The notes beneath the pieces are model-generated. The model made no database searches. It was not told the origin of the DNA and saw only the letters and a program-made list of their open reading frames with translations. From Candidatus Lokiarchaeum ossiferum (GTDB taxonomy: Archaea; Asgardarchaeota; Lokiarchaeia; Sigyniarchaeales; Promethearchaeaceae), in NCBI GenBank assembly GCA_025839675.1, contig CP104013.1:2370001-2402000 (forward strand): a stretch of 32,000 bases of DNA, written 5' to 3'. This document shows, one piece after another, positions 16,719 through 26,246 of this stretch (position 1 is the stretch's first letter; the number at the start of each line of letters is the position of its first letter). The translations under genes and the position numbers were made by a program.

Positions 16719-18182
16719 ATTATTTGAAGTATTATTGGAACTATATTCAAACTTCACTTTCTTCACGAATAGTACCGCGATAATAAACATCAAACTCGCG
16801 AGAGGAAGGAACACTACTATAATTTGAGGATTTTCTGTATTTCCTTCAAAAATCAGCCCCGTGAAGAAATCACCGACAGCATACGCAATACTTAAGGCAA
16901 AAAGAAAACTTCCAAAATATGCCCCCGATTGATTTTCATTTTCATTTTGTTTCAAATATAATTGTTGCTTATCAACAAAATTACTAATGATTGGATTTGG
17001 TAAAATAAAACCGGGTACGATGCTAGCAATTATTCCACCAAGAACGAAAACAGCAATGGCAGAACGAATAATTTTAACCATAGGTATCAAAAATAACAAG
17101 CCAAGTATTAAAAATATAGCTGCGGCAGTAGAGGAAATTAAATAAGTCTTTTTTAATCCTTGCTTCTTAATGGTTTTTGACCAAAGGATAAAACCGATTC
17201 CAGCAAAAGGGGTTAAATATAAAGCAGCAAGAAAGAAATCTTCAGATTCTAACTCCAAAACATAGGTGAAAATGAAAAACATGATCTTTAAGATAATTTG
17301 TAACGAAACATTCCAAAAGAAAGAACTTAACAAATATCTTCGGTAGCCTAAATCTTTAAAAGGTGAAAGAAGTTGTAAGACAGTTTCTTGAATAGTCAAA
17401 TATTCTGTTGAAGCAATTTGCGTATTACTTTCAAGTTCAAAGTGAAATTTTTCATCGACGGAATAAAATGTAACAATCGTTAATACTCCAGATAGGAAGG
17501 CAAAGCCTATGGCCATCCAAGGAACGATTTTTAAAATGCGTTGACCATCAGGAGTAGTATGAAATATCGCAGTAGGATCTTCTAAAGTTCCTAAAAGAAC
17601 AATAGGAAGGAGAAAAGCAACGACCGAAGCAATAATGCTAAAAATTCCCTGAATTTTTGAGATTTGTACACGATTATGCACGGTTTGACTTTGTTCTGGA
17701 AGCATGCTCAAATAGGTGCTCCGAATAAGAGCATAAGAAAAATAAAAGATCAATAAAAACATCCACATTTGAATAGCAATATTGAAATCTTTAGATCCAG
17801 GAGCGTCAGCTTTGGGAGAATACCAAAGAAGAATGAAGGAAAAAACATATGCAGGTAGCCCTAACAGAAGTAATGAACGACGTTTGCCCAGACGATCAAC
17901 CTTTTTTCGGTCAGCAATTAATCCAGTAAGAGGGCAAGCGATCGCATTGATAATGAAACCTGAAGATGTTCCGATAGACACTAATATAGGGCTTAACCCA
18001 ATTGTATATACAAAATAAATCATAATCAAAGCCCCACAAAACGAAAAAGGCAAAATTTGACCTAAAATTCCTGCAGAATAGCCATATAATCGCGCTCCGT
18101 GCAATTCTCGCAAAGGTTTTTCTTTCGTATTTTTTGAAACTTCAACTTGATCTAACACAAAATAGGTAAAGTCAAAACTCAT
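16704..18182 (-). CDS. GPH/MFS_2-family transporter (paralog-type of 7040-8449)
   Basis: 492 aa with multiple TM helices. The GPH-type loop is GLIADRKKVDRLGKRRSLLLLG. Its 3' end overlaps the giant ORF's 3' end convergently by 15 nt (16704-16718). Confidence 0.8.
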   Translation of the reverse strand: MSFDFTYFVLDQVEVSKNTKEKPLRELHGARLYGYSAGILGQILPFSFCGALIMIYFVYTIGLSPILVSIGTSSGFIINAIACPLTGLIADRKKVDRLGKRRSLLLLGLPAYVFSFILLWYSPKADAPGSKDFNIAIQMWMFLLIFYFSYALIRSTYLSMLPEQSQTVHNRVQISKIQGIFSIIASVVAFLLPIVLLGTLEDPTAIFHTTPDGQRILKIVPWMAIGFAFLSGVLTIVTFYSVDEKFHFELESNTQIASTEYLTIQETVLQLLSPFKDLGYRRYLLSSFFWNVSLQIILKIMFFIFTYVLELESEDFFLAALYLTPFAGIGFILWSKTIKKQGLKKTYLISSTAAAIFLILGLLFLIPMVKIIRSAIAVFVLGGIIASIVPGFILPNPIISNFVDKQQLYLKQNENENQSGAYFGSFLFALSIAYAVGDFFTGLIFEGNTENPQIIVVFLPLASLMFIIAVLFVKKVKFEYSSNNTSNNSLVD

Positions 18183-18415
18183 TTAATCTCTAGGATTGCC
18201 AATTTTTAGCGTCGCTAGAACAAATAATCTCACAGTAAAAATTAGGCATCATTTCAGAATTACTATGCGGAACAATAGTTTTTTGCCTAAGAAATCGCTT
18301 GATTATTTGATTAATTAGTAAAAAGTTAGAATATTGCAGCCTTTTGACTTTTTTGAGATTGGGAACAAATGAAAATCTATCGATTATTCTTAATAGGAAT
18401 ATTCTATGACAGTGA

Positions 18416-18423
18416 ATTTATAT
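18416..18423 (+). promoter_or_regulatory. TATA-like box upstream of lysC
   Basis: ATTTATAT is centred about 26 nt upstream of roughly nt 18445. This would give a short leader containing GAGG (18449-18452) before ATG 18459. Confidence 0.3.
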
Positions 18424-18458
18424 CCAAGGGAATAATGATCTTACTATTGAGGAAAACT

Positions 18459-19919
18459 ATGTTGAGTAATTCATCCACCACCGTAAATTTAGATATTCAA
18501 GCAAAAAAGATCGCAGTTATGAAATTTGGAGGCTCGTGTTTCAAAAATGCAGAAGCATTCCAACAAATAGTTAAAATCACAAATCTTTATGATCAAGAAA
18601 AAAAAATATATGTTGCTTCAGCCCTTCATGGAGTTACAGATCAACTCATTCAAGTTACTGAATATGCAAGCAGTAAAAATACAAGAAAATTGGAAGAAAT
18701 ACTTGAGTCAATAAAACAAAGGCATCTTTCAACAATCCAAATGATTTTTAAATCTAACTTAGAACACCAGTTAGAAGCTTATAACGGTATAAAGAATTAT
18801 TTGGCAGAATTAAGTAAAGTTTTAAATGAAGTAAATGAATTTGGAATAATCCCCTATTTTATCGATTATATTGTTGCATTTGGGGAAAAAATGAGTACTT
18901 TTCTACTGCATTTATATCTGAAAATGAATGGCTTTCCTACCTCGCTGTTTATGGGAGAAGATCTTATAATTACTAATGATGAATTCAATAATGCATTCCC
19001 AGATTTACGATTTACCATTCACAGAGTGAATCAAAACTTACTTCCAATCTTAAACGATGCAAATACAAATCGGATTGCATGTATCACAGGATTTATTGGA
19101 CGAAATAAAATTGGATATACGACCACTTTAGGAAGAGGAGGAAGTGATTTTACAGCAACTATTATTGCAAGGGCTATTTATGCATGCAACCAGGAACACA
19201 AAATCAAGGTAATTTTGTGGAAAGATGTGGATGGCATGTTGTCAGCCAACCCAGAATTTGTTGATAATCCTACACTGGTCAAAAAATTAAATTATGCAGA
19301 AGCTAAGGAATTAGCATTTTTTGGGGCTAAAGTACTGCACCCAAAGTGCTTAGCTGTTATAGAAAATCAAAATATTCCTGTAGAAATCCGCCGATTTTCT
19401 TCTCCATCAAAAAAAGAAGATTTCTCGACAATATCAGAACTTTCGGATAATACAGATATGAAAGGTATTGGTTCTATTAAGATTGCTTCCATGATTACAC
19501 TCTCCTCCGCGGTAATGGTTAAAGAATCAGGATTTGTTGGGAAAATATTCTCAATTTTAGGGAAAAATAACATTAACATCAATTTTATAGCTCAAAGTAG
19601 TAGTGAAATAGCAATAACCTTTGTTGTTGATAAAAATGATGGAGAAAGAGCGCTAAATCTCTTAACCACGAGTAAAGATCTTCCAATTAAATGGATGGAT
19701 GTAAAAAAAGACGACATCGGAATTATTGCGGTAGTTGGGGAACATATTCACAAATCTTCCAATAAATGTCGTATTTTCCGTGCTTTAAGTGAAATTGATT
19801 TAGATGCAATTTCAATCTCCCAATGTAGCAATGGATTGAATATTTCTATCATAGTGCCAATAAAAAGAGTTCAAGAAGCGGCTAATGCAATTAATAATGA
19901 ATTTTCTACCCCAAATTAG
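18459..19919 (+). CDS. lysC: Aspartate kinase (monofunctional, C-terminal ACT domains)
   Basis: VMKFGGSCF is the kinase N-terminal motif and TLGRGGSDFTATIIA is the conserved aspartokinase motif. The C-terminal ~150 aa are ACT-like. I prefer ATG 18459 (GAGG 7 nt upstream) over the ORF-track start 18369, whose extra 30 aa are hydrophobic filler. Confidence 0.88.
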   Translation: MLSNSSTTVNLDIQAKKIAVMKFGGSCFKNAEAFQQIVKITNLYDQEKKIYVASALHGVTDQLIQVTEYASSKNTRKLEEILESIKQRHLSTIQMIFKSNLEHQLEAYNGIKNYLAELSKVLNEVNEFGIIPYFIDYIVAFGEKMSTFLLHLYLKMNGFPTSLFMGEDLIITNDEFNNAFPDLRFTIHRVNQNLLPILNDANTNRIACITGFIGRNKIGYTTTLGRGGSDFTATIIARAIYACNQEHKIKVILWKDVDGMLSANPEFVDNPTLVKKLNYAEAKELAFFGAKVLHPKCLAVIENQNIPVEIRRFSSPSKKEDFSTISELSDNTDMKGIGSIKIASMITLSSAVMVKESGFVGKIFSILGKNNININFIAQSSSEIAITFVVDKNDGERALNLLTTSKDLPIKWMDVKKDDIGIIAVVGEHIHKSSNKCRIFRALSEIDLDAISISQCSNGLNISIIVPIKRVQEAANAINNEFSTPN

Positions 19920-19945
19920 GTTTTTTTCTCTAACAGGTGATTCAT

Positions 19946-21244
19946 ATGACTAACAAAAAAACAGATAAAAAGTATAATTTTGAAACTACGGCGATTCATG
20001 GAGGTTATTTTGAAGTAGAACCAACTTCCCGATCTCGGACGGTTCCTTTATATCAAACTTCTTCCTTCACATTTCGTGACGACGAACATGCTGCAAACCT
20101 CTTTGCCTTAAATGAACCTGGAAATATTTATACACGTATTGGTAACCCCACAAACGAAGTTTTGGAACAACGAATTGCGCAATTGGAAGGAGGAATTGGA
20201 GCACTCGTTACAAGTTCTGGACAAGCAGCAGAGACTCTCGCACTACTAACTTTATTGAAACAGGGAGATGAAATTGTTTCCAGTTCAGAAATTTATGGAG
20301 GTACATATACACTTCTTAACTACACATTGGCTAATTTTGGAATAAAAACAATTTTTGTGGATCCGAATTCACCAGAAAATTTCTTGAAGGCTATTACAAG
20401 CAAAACCAAAGCAGTTTATTTAGAATCCTTAAGCAATCCCAAACTAAATGTCCCTGATTTGGAACAAATTGCAAATATTGCACATAATCATGAAATACCT
20501 TTAATTGTTGATAATACAATTCCATCACCTTATTTGTGTAATCCAATAAAATGGGGAGCGGATATTGTTTTGCATTCAACTACTAAATATATTTCAGGCC
20601 ACGGCTATGCCATTGGGGGTGTTATTGTCGACTCGGGTAATTTTGATTGGAGTCAATCTAATCACTATTCCTATTTTAATGACCCCGATCCATCATACCA
20701 TGGATTAAATTTCCATAAACATTTTGGTAATTCAGCATTCATCGCAAAGTGTCGTGTGCAATCACTTCGAGATCTGGGCAGTGCACCAAGCCCATTTAAT
20801 TCGTGGTTAACCTTGGTTGGATTAGAAACCCTTGCACTACGAATGGAGCGAACTTGTGAAAATGCAGAGAAAATAGCAAAATTTCTATTATCCCATCCAA
20901 AAGTCTCATGGGTTAATTATCCTTCGCTATATTCAGCGGAAAAACTCACTCACTTTAATAAATATCTTCCCAGAGGATATAGTGGATTGATGGGATTCGG
21001 TGTTAAGGGAGGATATGAAAGTGGCAAGAAATTAATCAATAACGTCTCATTAATCTCCCATTTAGCAAATATTGGAGATGCTAAAACACTAATCATACAT
21101 CCAGCGAGTACTACCCATCAACAATTGACACCTGAAGAACAATTGAATGCAGGAGTTAGTCCAGATTTTTTACGTTTATCCGTTGGAATTGAAAATATTG
21201 ATGATCTCATCCAAGATCTCAACGAAGCATTAAATTCGATATAA
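19946..21244 (+). CDS. metY: O-acetylhomoserine sulfhydrylase (PLP-dependent Cys/Met metabolism family)
   Basis: [26 protein letters not shown], and the PLP-lysine motif [12 protein letters not shown] prefer ATG 19946, preceded by AGGTGA, over GTG 19937. Confidence 0.88.
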   Translation: MTNKKTDKKYNFETTAIHGGYFEVEPTSRSRTVPLYQTSSFTFRDDEHAANLFALNEPGNIYTRIGNPTNEVLEQRIAQLEGGIGALVTSSGQAAETLALLTLLKQGDEIVSSSEIYGGTYTLLNYTLANFGIKTIFVDPNSPENFLKAITSKTKAVYLESLSNPKLNVPDLEQIANIAHNHEIPLIVDNTIPSPYLCNPIKWGADIVLHSTTKYISGHGYAIGGVIVDSGNFDWSQSNHYSYFNDPDPSYHGLNFHKHFGNSAFIAKCRVQSLRDLGSAPSPFNSWLTLVGLETLALRMERTCENAEKIAKFLLSHPKVSWVNYPSLYSAEKLTHFNKYLPRGYSGLMGFGVKGGYESGKKLINNVSLISHLANIGDAKTLIIHPASTTHQQLTPEEQLNAGVSPDFLRLSVGIENIDDLIQDLNEALNSI

Positions 21245-21277
21245 TAATTTTTACCAACTTAAGGAAGAGGAAAACTA

Positions 21278-22393
21278 ATGCTCGGAACGAGATCAAAACA
21301 TATCCAATATGCAACTATTGCTACTCCAATGAATCCTTTAAAACTGGATTGCGGAAAGGAGCTAACAGAAGTAAGGTTAGCCTATGAAACCTTTGGAACA
21401 TTGAATCCAGTAAAAGATAATTGCATTCTTATAACACATGCACTTACTGGGGATTCTCATGTAGGAACACATGCAGATGAGGAAGAATTGAAAGGCTGGT
21501 GGCATGATTTTTTAGGGCCGGATTTAATATTTGACACAAATAAATATTTTATTATTTGTTCCAATATTCTTGGAGGATGCATGGGTAGTACAGGTCCAAC
21601 ATCCATCAATAAAGAAACAAATAGGCGATATGGAACAGAATTTCCTTTGGTTTCAATTCGAGATATGGTAAATGCTCAAAAAAGATTAGTCGATTCACTT
21701 AACATTTCTTGTTTGCATGCAGTATGTGGGGGATCATTAGGAGGAATGCAGGTAATGCAATGGGCAATAAGTTACCCAGATATGGTTAGAGCAGCAATTC
21801 CAATTGCAACCACACCTCGATTATCACCTCAAGGAATTGCTTTTAATGAGGTAGGAAGAAGAGCCATAATTAATGATCCTGCTTGGAATCGTGGAAATTA
21901 TTCAACAGATTCATTTCCGAGTCAGGGATTAGCCTTAGCCCGCATGATAGCTCACATTACCTATCTTTCTGATGAATCCATGAGAAATAAATTTGGACGA
22001 ATGCTTCGTAATACTGATGAATACCAATACTCCTTTGCACCAGAGTTTGAGGTTGAATCCTATTTGAACTATCAAGGAAATAAATTTATCAAGCGTTTTG
22101 ATGCGAATAGTTATCTTTACATAACAAAAGCCGTGGATTATTTTGACTTAGAAAAAACCTATGGAAGTCTTACTAAAGCATTCAGTGAAACCAACGCAAA
22201 ATTTTTAGTGATGGGATTTTCAACGGACTGGTTATACCCAATTTATCAAAGTAAAACCATTGTTTCAGCATTACAAAAAGCAGGAAAGGATGTTTCCTAC
22301 TGTGAAATTGACACAAAATTTGGACATGATGCATTTCTCTTAGAATATGAGAAAATGGCCCCCTTTCTGATTAATTTTTTGCAGAATATTTGA
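21278..22393 (+). CDS. metX: Homoserine O-acetyltransferase
   Basis: HALTGDSH is present. The nucleophile elbow is GGSLGGMQ and the C-terminal catalytic His context is FGHDAFLLE. Typical MetX length of 371 aa. GGAAGAGG lies upstream of the ATG. Confidence 0.9.
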   Translation: MLGTRSKHIQYATIATPMNPLKLDCGKELTEVRLAYETFGTLNPVKDNCILITHALTGDSHVGTHADEEELKGWWHDFLGPDLIFDTNKYFIICSNILGGCMGSTGPTSINKETNRRYGTEFPLVSIRDMVNAQKRLVDSLNISCLHAVCGGSLGGMQVMQWAISYPDMVRAAIPIATTPRLSPQGIAFNEVGRRAIINDPAWNRGNYSTDSFPSQGLALARMIAHITYLSDESMRNKFGRMLRNTDEYQYSFAPEFEVESYLNYQGNKFIKRFDANSYLYITKAVDYFDLEKTYGSLTKAFSETNAKFLVMGFSTDWLYPIYQSKTIVSALQKAGKDVSYCEIDTKFGHDAFLLEYEKMAPFLINFLQNI

Positions 22394-22418
22394 TTTCACT
22401 AAAAGGAAGAAAAGCAAC

Positions 22419-23003
22419 ATGAATAGCGAATACAGAAGTATTGCAGATATTATACCAGAGAGCTCAAAAGTGTTAGATTTAGGATGTGGGGATGGAACCT
22501 TATTAGAGTGTCTCCGTAGAGAAAAGAAAATTGTAGGCACTGGAATTGAGATATCTCCAAAAGGTGTTCAAAACTCCATTTCTAAAGGATTATCAGTTAT
22601 CCAGGGCGATCTTGAAGAAATCATCCCAAATTATTCAAATAATTTGTTTGATTTTTGCATTTTGGCTCAAACATTGCAAGAACTCAGAAATTCAGATCGT
22701 GTTATCCAGGAAATGTTGCGTATCAGTAAATTTACGATTATTGCTTTTAATAATATTGTTCACTTTCGTAACCGATTAAAAATTCTATTTCAAGGAAAGC
22801 TCCCTCAAACGAAAGAGTTACAGTATGATTGGATGAATACTAATATCATGTTTCTTAGTGTAAAAGATTTTGAAGAGTATTGTTTTAAAAAAAAAATAAT
22901 AATAGCATCTAAGAAATTCTTTTCAAAGGATAAAATTATCAAAAAATGGCCTAATTTGCGAGCTAAATCATGTATTTTTGTCATTAACAATATCGTAGAT
23001 TAA
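22419..23003 (+). CDS. metW: Methionine biosynthesis protein MetW (SAM-methyltransferase-like fold)
   Basis: VLDLGCGDGTLLECL...GTGIE...GLSVIQGDL...FDFCILAQTLQEL...QEMLRIS...LPQTKELQYDWMNTNIMFLSVKDFEEYC matches the MetW pattern along its whole length. It lies directly downstream of metX. Confidence 0.85.
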   Translation: MNSEYRSIADIIPESSKVLDLGCGDGTLLECLRREKKIVGTGIEISPKGVQNSISKGLSVIQGDLEEIIPNYSNNLFDFCILAQTLQELRNSDRVIQEMLRISKFTIIAFNNIVHFRNRLKILFQGKLPQTKELQYDWMNTNIMFLSVKDFEEYCFKKKIIIASKKFFSKDKIIKKWPNLRAKSCIFVINNIVD

Positions 23004-23077
23004 AATTTCTTAAAGTTCAAAAAACCTATTAAACCAGCCATAAATAGTTTTTTAATTCCTCTCAAGTAATTTTACTT

Positions 23078-24043
23078 GTGTCTTTAGATCAGCAACCTTG
23101 GGTGGAAAAATATCGCCCACGTCATTTATCAGATGTTGTGGGACAAACGGAAATAGTAAAACGCTTGAAAGCCTTTGTTAATGATAAAGCCATGCCTCAT
23201 CTAATGTTTGCAGGTCCAGCGGGAACTGGAAAAACCACGTGCGCATTGGCTTTAATCCGTGATATGTTCCAAAAAAATATGAAACGAAATCAATCTTATT
23301 TGGAACTTAATGCCAGTGATGCTCGAGGAATAGATGTGATTCGAACAGATGTCAAAGATTTTGCCAAAACTCAGCCTCCCACAGGAGTTCCTTTCAAAAT
23401 TTTAGTTCTTGATGAAGCAGATAGTACAACAGCGGCAGCACAACAAGCCTTAAGGCGAACCATGGAAAAATTTACCCATAATTGTCGATTCATATTAATC
23501 TGTAACTATTCAAATAAAATTATCCTTCCCATTCAAAGTCGAACGAGCATGTTCCGTTTTTCTCCTTTAAGCAAAGAAGAATTAATTGATCGGATTAATC
23601 ATGTGGCCAAGAATGAAAAATTAAAAATTCGACCAGATGGAGTAGACGCATTAATTTATGTGTGTGGAGGAGATATGCGTCGAGCGGTAAATTATTTACA
23701 AGCATGTTCCACTATTGGCGATGAAATTACAGAAGATGTTGTATATCGCATTACGGGTAAAATTAACCCTCTCGAAATTCAGAGTTTACTTAAAGCGGCC
23801 ATAGCCCGAGAATTCATGGTAGCAAAGCGAAAATTAGATGAGCTTTTCAATTCATATGGTCTTTCTGGCCGGAACATTGTCAAACAATGCCATTCCGAAG
23901 TCTTTAATCTTGATGTTTCGGAGAAAGTCAAAATGGATATTATTAAAATGTTGGCTGAAATTGAGTTTCGATTGTCCCAAGGTGCCACCGAAGAAATTCA
24001 GTTAAATGCAATGTTAGCAAAAATAGCAATAATGGACCTTTAG
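23078..24043 (+). CDS. rfcS: Replication factor C small subunit
   Basis: PWVEKYRP (RFC box II), Walker A GPAGTGKTT, Walker B LDEADS, and sensor region IQSRTSMFRF (SRC-motif position). GTG start. 321 aa with no intein. Confidence 0.93.
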   Translation: MSLDQQPWVEKYRPRHLSDVVGQTEIVKRLKAFVNDKAMPHLMFAGPAGTGKTTCALALIRDMFQKNMKRNQSYLELNASDARGIDVIRTDVKDFAKTQPPTGVPFKILVLDEADSTTAAAQQALRRTMEKFTHNCRFILICNYSNKIILPIQSRTSMFRFSPLSKEELIDRINHVAKNEKLKIRPDGVDALIYVCGGDMRRAVNYLQACSTIGDEITEDVVYRITGKINPLEIQSLLKAAIAREFMVAKRKLDELFNSYGLSGRNIVKQCHSEVFNLDVSEKVKMDIIKMLAEIEFRLSQGATEEIQLNAMLAKIAIMDL

Positions 24044-24045
24044 CT

Positions 24046-24879
24046 TCATTGCCACCCCAGTTGTAATAAACTGAATGCTTTTTGCTGTAATTTTTGTATA
24101 TTTTTTTCACAATATTCTTTCTGTCGCTTATTACCTTTCAAATTTGTGTGAAATTGCAGTTCCTTTGAAAAATTCAAGGAAATTAGGGTTAAACCTTCCG
24201 GATTGCATGCCTTCTCTCTTTTTTCCATAGGATCTTGGATCCTTACAGGATCAAATTTATGAAGAAGATCTTCTTTTGATAAATCGTCCCGACCTATCTT
24301 GATCAGGAAAGCGACAGTTCGTCGTATTTGTTCCCATAAAAAAGCGCGGCAGCGAAATTCAAACACAAAATATTCCGGATATTCTATGACTTGAGATTTT
24401 TCCATAGTAAGAATTGTATTTTGCTCGGGTTTCGAAGCATCTGTTTTTGAAAATAATCGAAAATCATGAGTTCCTTCCAAGAGATGAATCGCTTCTTCCA
24501 TCAAGGAAAAATTTAGAGGAGTATGAGGATTTTTAGGATAAATATACCGATATTCTTTGCTAGATGCTTCAAAACGAGGATGAAAATCCAAAGGAACCTC
24601 AGCCCATTGAGTAATACCCATATCGCGGGGCAAATAGGTTTCAAGACGATTAACATAAAAAATTTCAGCAGTATTAAAACAGAATGCTGCATCTTGAGCA
24701 TGCACACCCGCGTCAGTTCTTGCTGCGGTTCGAAAAATCGCATCTTGTCGATTAGTGATATATTTGGATTTGATCAAACCTCGAAGTAGTTCTCCTTCTA
24801 CTGTTCGTTTTTCTCTTTGTTCCTGAGATCCAGAAAAAAAAGTTCCATAATACCATACTTTGAGTAAAATTCGTTTCAT
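24046..24879 (-). CDS. truA: tRNA pseudouridine(38-40) synthase TruA
   Basis: The N-terminal YYGTFFSGSQEQ and the catalytic-Asp motif RTDAGVHA are present. 277 aa. Convergent with rfcS across a 2-nt gap. Confidence 0.88.
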   Translation of the reverse strand: MKRILLKVWYYGTFFSGSQEQREKRTVEGELLRGLIKSKYITNRQDAIFRTAARTDAGVHAQDAAFCFNTAEIFYVNRLETYLPRDMGITQWAEVPLDFHPRFEASSKEYRYIYPKNPHTPLNFSLMEEAIHLLEGTHDFRLFSKTDASKPEQNTILTMEKSQVIEYPEYFVFEFRCRAFLWEQIRRTVAFLIKIGRDDLSKEDLLHKFDPVRIQDPMEKREKACNPEGLTLISLNFSKELQFHTNLKGNKRQKEYCEKNIQKLQQKAFSLLQLGWQ

Positions 24880-24892
24880 AAATTGCGAACGC

Positions 24893-25234
24893 CTAGTTTT
24901 TCACTTGATATTCTATCTTGACTGGGCTATGAGGAAAAGACTCCAGCAATCCATTTAAACTCGATATGAATCCAAGAAGGGTTTTCATAATTAAATCTTG
25001 AACAAATGGTTTTATCTCGACAAGGAATTCTCCACATTTCATAATAACTTGTTTACCTTGGGGTTCTTTGGAAAATATTTCAAGTAAAATAACACGATCT
25101 TCAGTCACTTCATTTAATTCTGTAAAAAATCCATGACAGACATTTCCAAGGGTATTTAAAATAAAAGGTTTGGTAGCAATGCGCTTTCCATCGATATAGA
25201 GCTTTAATCCATATTTAAGGGCTTTTTTTTCCAT
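24893..25234 (-). CDS. Hypothetical protein (113 aa)
   Basis: Clean ORF lying 13 nt upstream of truA and 29 nt downstream of the PTA_PTB-like gene on the same strand. I recognise no motif. Confidence 0.5.
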   Translation of the reverse strand: MEKKALKYGLKLYIDGKRIATKPFILNTLGNVCHGFFTELNEVTEDRVILLEIFSKEPQGKQVIMKCGEFLVEIKPFVQDLIMKTLLGFISSLNGLLESFPHSPVKIEYQVKN

Positions 25235-25263
25235 ATTTAGAATAAATATAGAAAACTTATTAA

Positions 25264-26217
25264 TTATTTGGGCAACAAACCTAAAGCGAAGTATAAAGAT
25301 CCTTCAACTTCAAATTCTGGGGCAACTCGGGAACAATCAATGATGATTTTTTCATATTTATTATATTGAGATAAATATAAAGCACCATAAGAACGACCGT
25401 TTCCCAAATGTACGAGGGTCCGATAAATTAAATTTCCAGCAATCCCTTCTGGAGCAATAAGTAAATTTACTTGCTCCATCATTGCTTGTTCAATCAATAC
25501 TTGGTAATGTTTTATGGAGTAAAGAGGATACATCTGTTGAAGTTGAGAGCATAATTTCTCAGCATCTGCTATTGTCTGATCAATCCATGAATCTCTGCCA
25601 ATGTCACCTAATCTTCCTCCACTTAATATACCAATTTTTGGTTTAATTCCTAGAGACTTAAACAAAAGAATTGCTTGTTGAATCATATGAAACTTGTCCA
25701 AATAGGAATTCACTTCATCAATACCAACTCCACCATAAAAAAATTGGTGTCCCTTGGATGTTTCAAGTAGAGCAAGGCGATAGGTTCTTCCATTTGTTAT
25801 TTGGGTAGATGAAGATTCACCTTCGAAAGTGGATCTTTCTTCATCCAGCAAACAAGCTCGCAATTTTGTAAGAAAAGGTGTAGAACTTAATCCTCCCCGA
25901 ACAATTGCATTAAATTGGACAAAATCTGGATCAGATGAAGGTAAAGTTTGATCAATGAATAAGTGATCAATTAAAAAAGAACACGGATCATGTATCGCAA
26001 CACATTTAACACGATTATTTTCAATAAATCCATTATTACGATAACTTTGAATGGTGTTTGAAGTTCCCACCACCACAACTTTGCTTGAAGTTTTTTTAAC
26101 AATTTTTTCTATAGCAGAATGAATATTTTGCTGAGCAAATCGATCATCATTTATTCCAATACCAATAGTCTTATTTGTATGTAGCGAATTTGCAATAAAT
26201 TTTTGTAGGATATTCAT
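25264..26217 (-). CDS. MtxX / phosphate acyltransferase (PTA_PTB)-superfamily-like protein
   Basis: AIVRGGLSS and the C-terminal APEGIAGNLIYRTLVHLGNGRSYGALYL resemble, from memory, the PTA/PTB and methanogen MtxX/marker-4 pattern (P-D/E-x-x-x-GN-x-x-Y/F-R/K ... G). I prefer ATG 26217 over the TTG at 26232. Confidence 0.45.
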   Translation of the reverse strand: MNILQKFIANSLHTNKTIGIGINDDRFAQQNIHSAIEKIVKKTSSKVVVVGTSNTIQSYRNNGFIENNRVKCVAIHDPCSFLIDHLFIDQTLPSSDPDFVQFNAIVRGGLSSTPFLTKLRACLLDEERSTFEGESSSTQITNGRTYRLALLETSKGHQFFYGGVGIDEVNSYLDKFHMIQQAILLFKSLGIKPKIGILSGGRLGDIGRDSWIDQTIADAEKLCSQLQQMYPLYSIKHYQVLIEQAMMEQVNLLIAPEGIAGNLIYRTLVHLGNGRSYGALYLSQYNKYEKIIIDCSRVAPEFEVEGSLYFALGLLPK

Positions 26218-26246
26218 AGAAGTCCAATCCAATTATTGAAAAAAAT

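Noticed and set aside
18183-18458. SAM or other riboswitch upstream of the methionine cluster
   Set aside because: I could not recognise any conserved riboswitch core sequence. The only hairpin lies upstream of the likely lysC TATA box.
231-24789. The remaining short ORFs (60-96 aa) nested inside or antisense to larger genes. Examples are 231-416, 524-772, 1168-1386, 1588-1863, 3898-4122, 4814-5068, 5128-5358, 7044-7250, 9115-9372, 11587-11802, 13105-13356, 17782-18018, 19367-19582, 20394-20579, 22340-22540, 22546-22779, 22805-22990, 23779-23988, 24513-24743 and 24523-24789
   Set aside because: Each is fully overlapped by a longer ORF with recognisable family motifs. None has motifs of its own.
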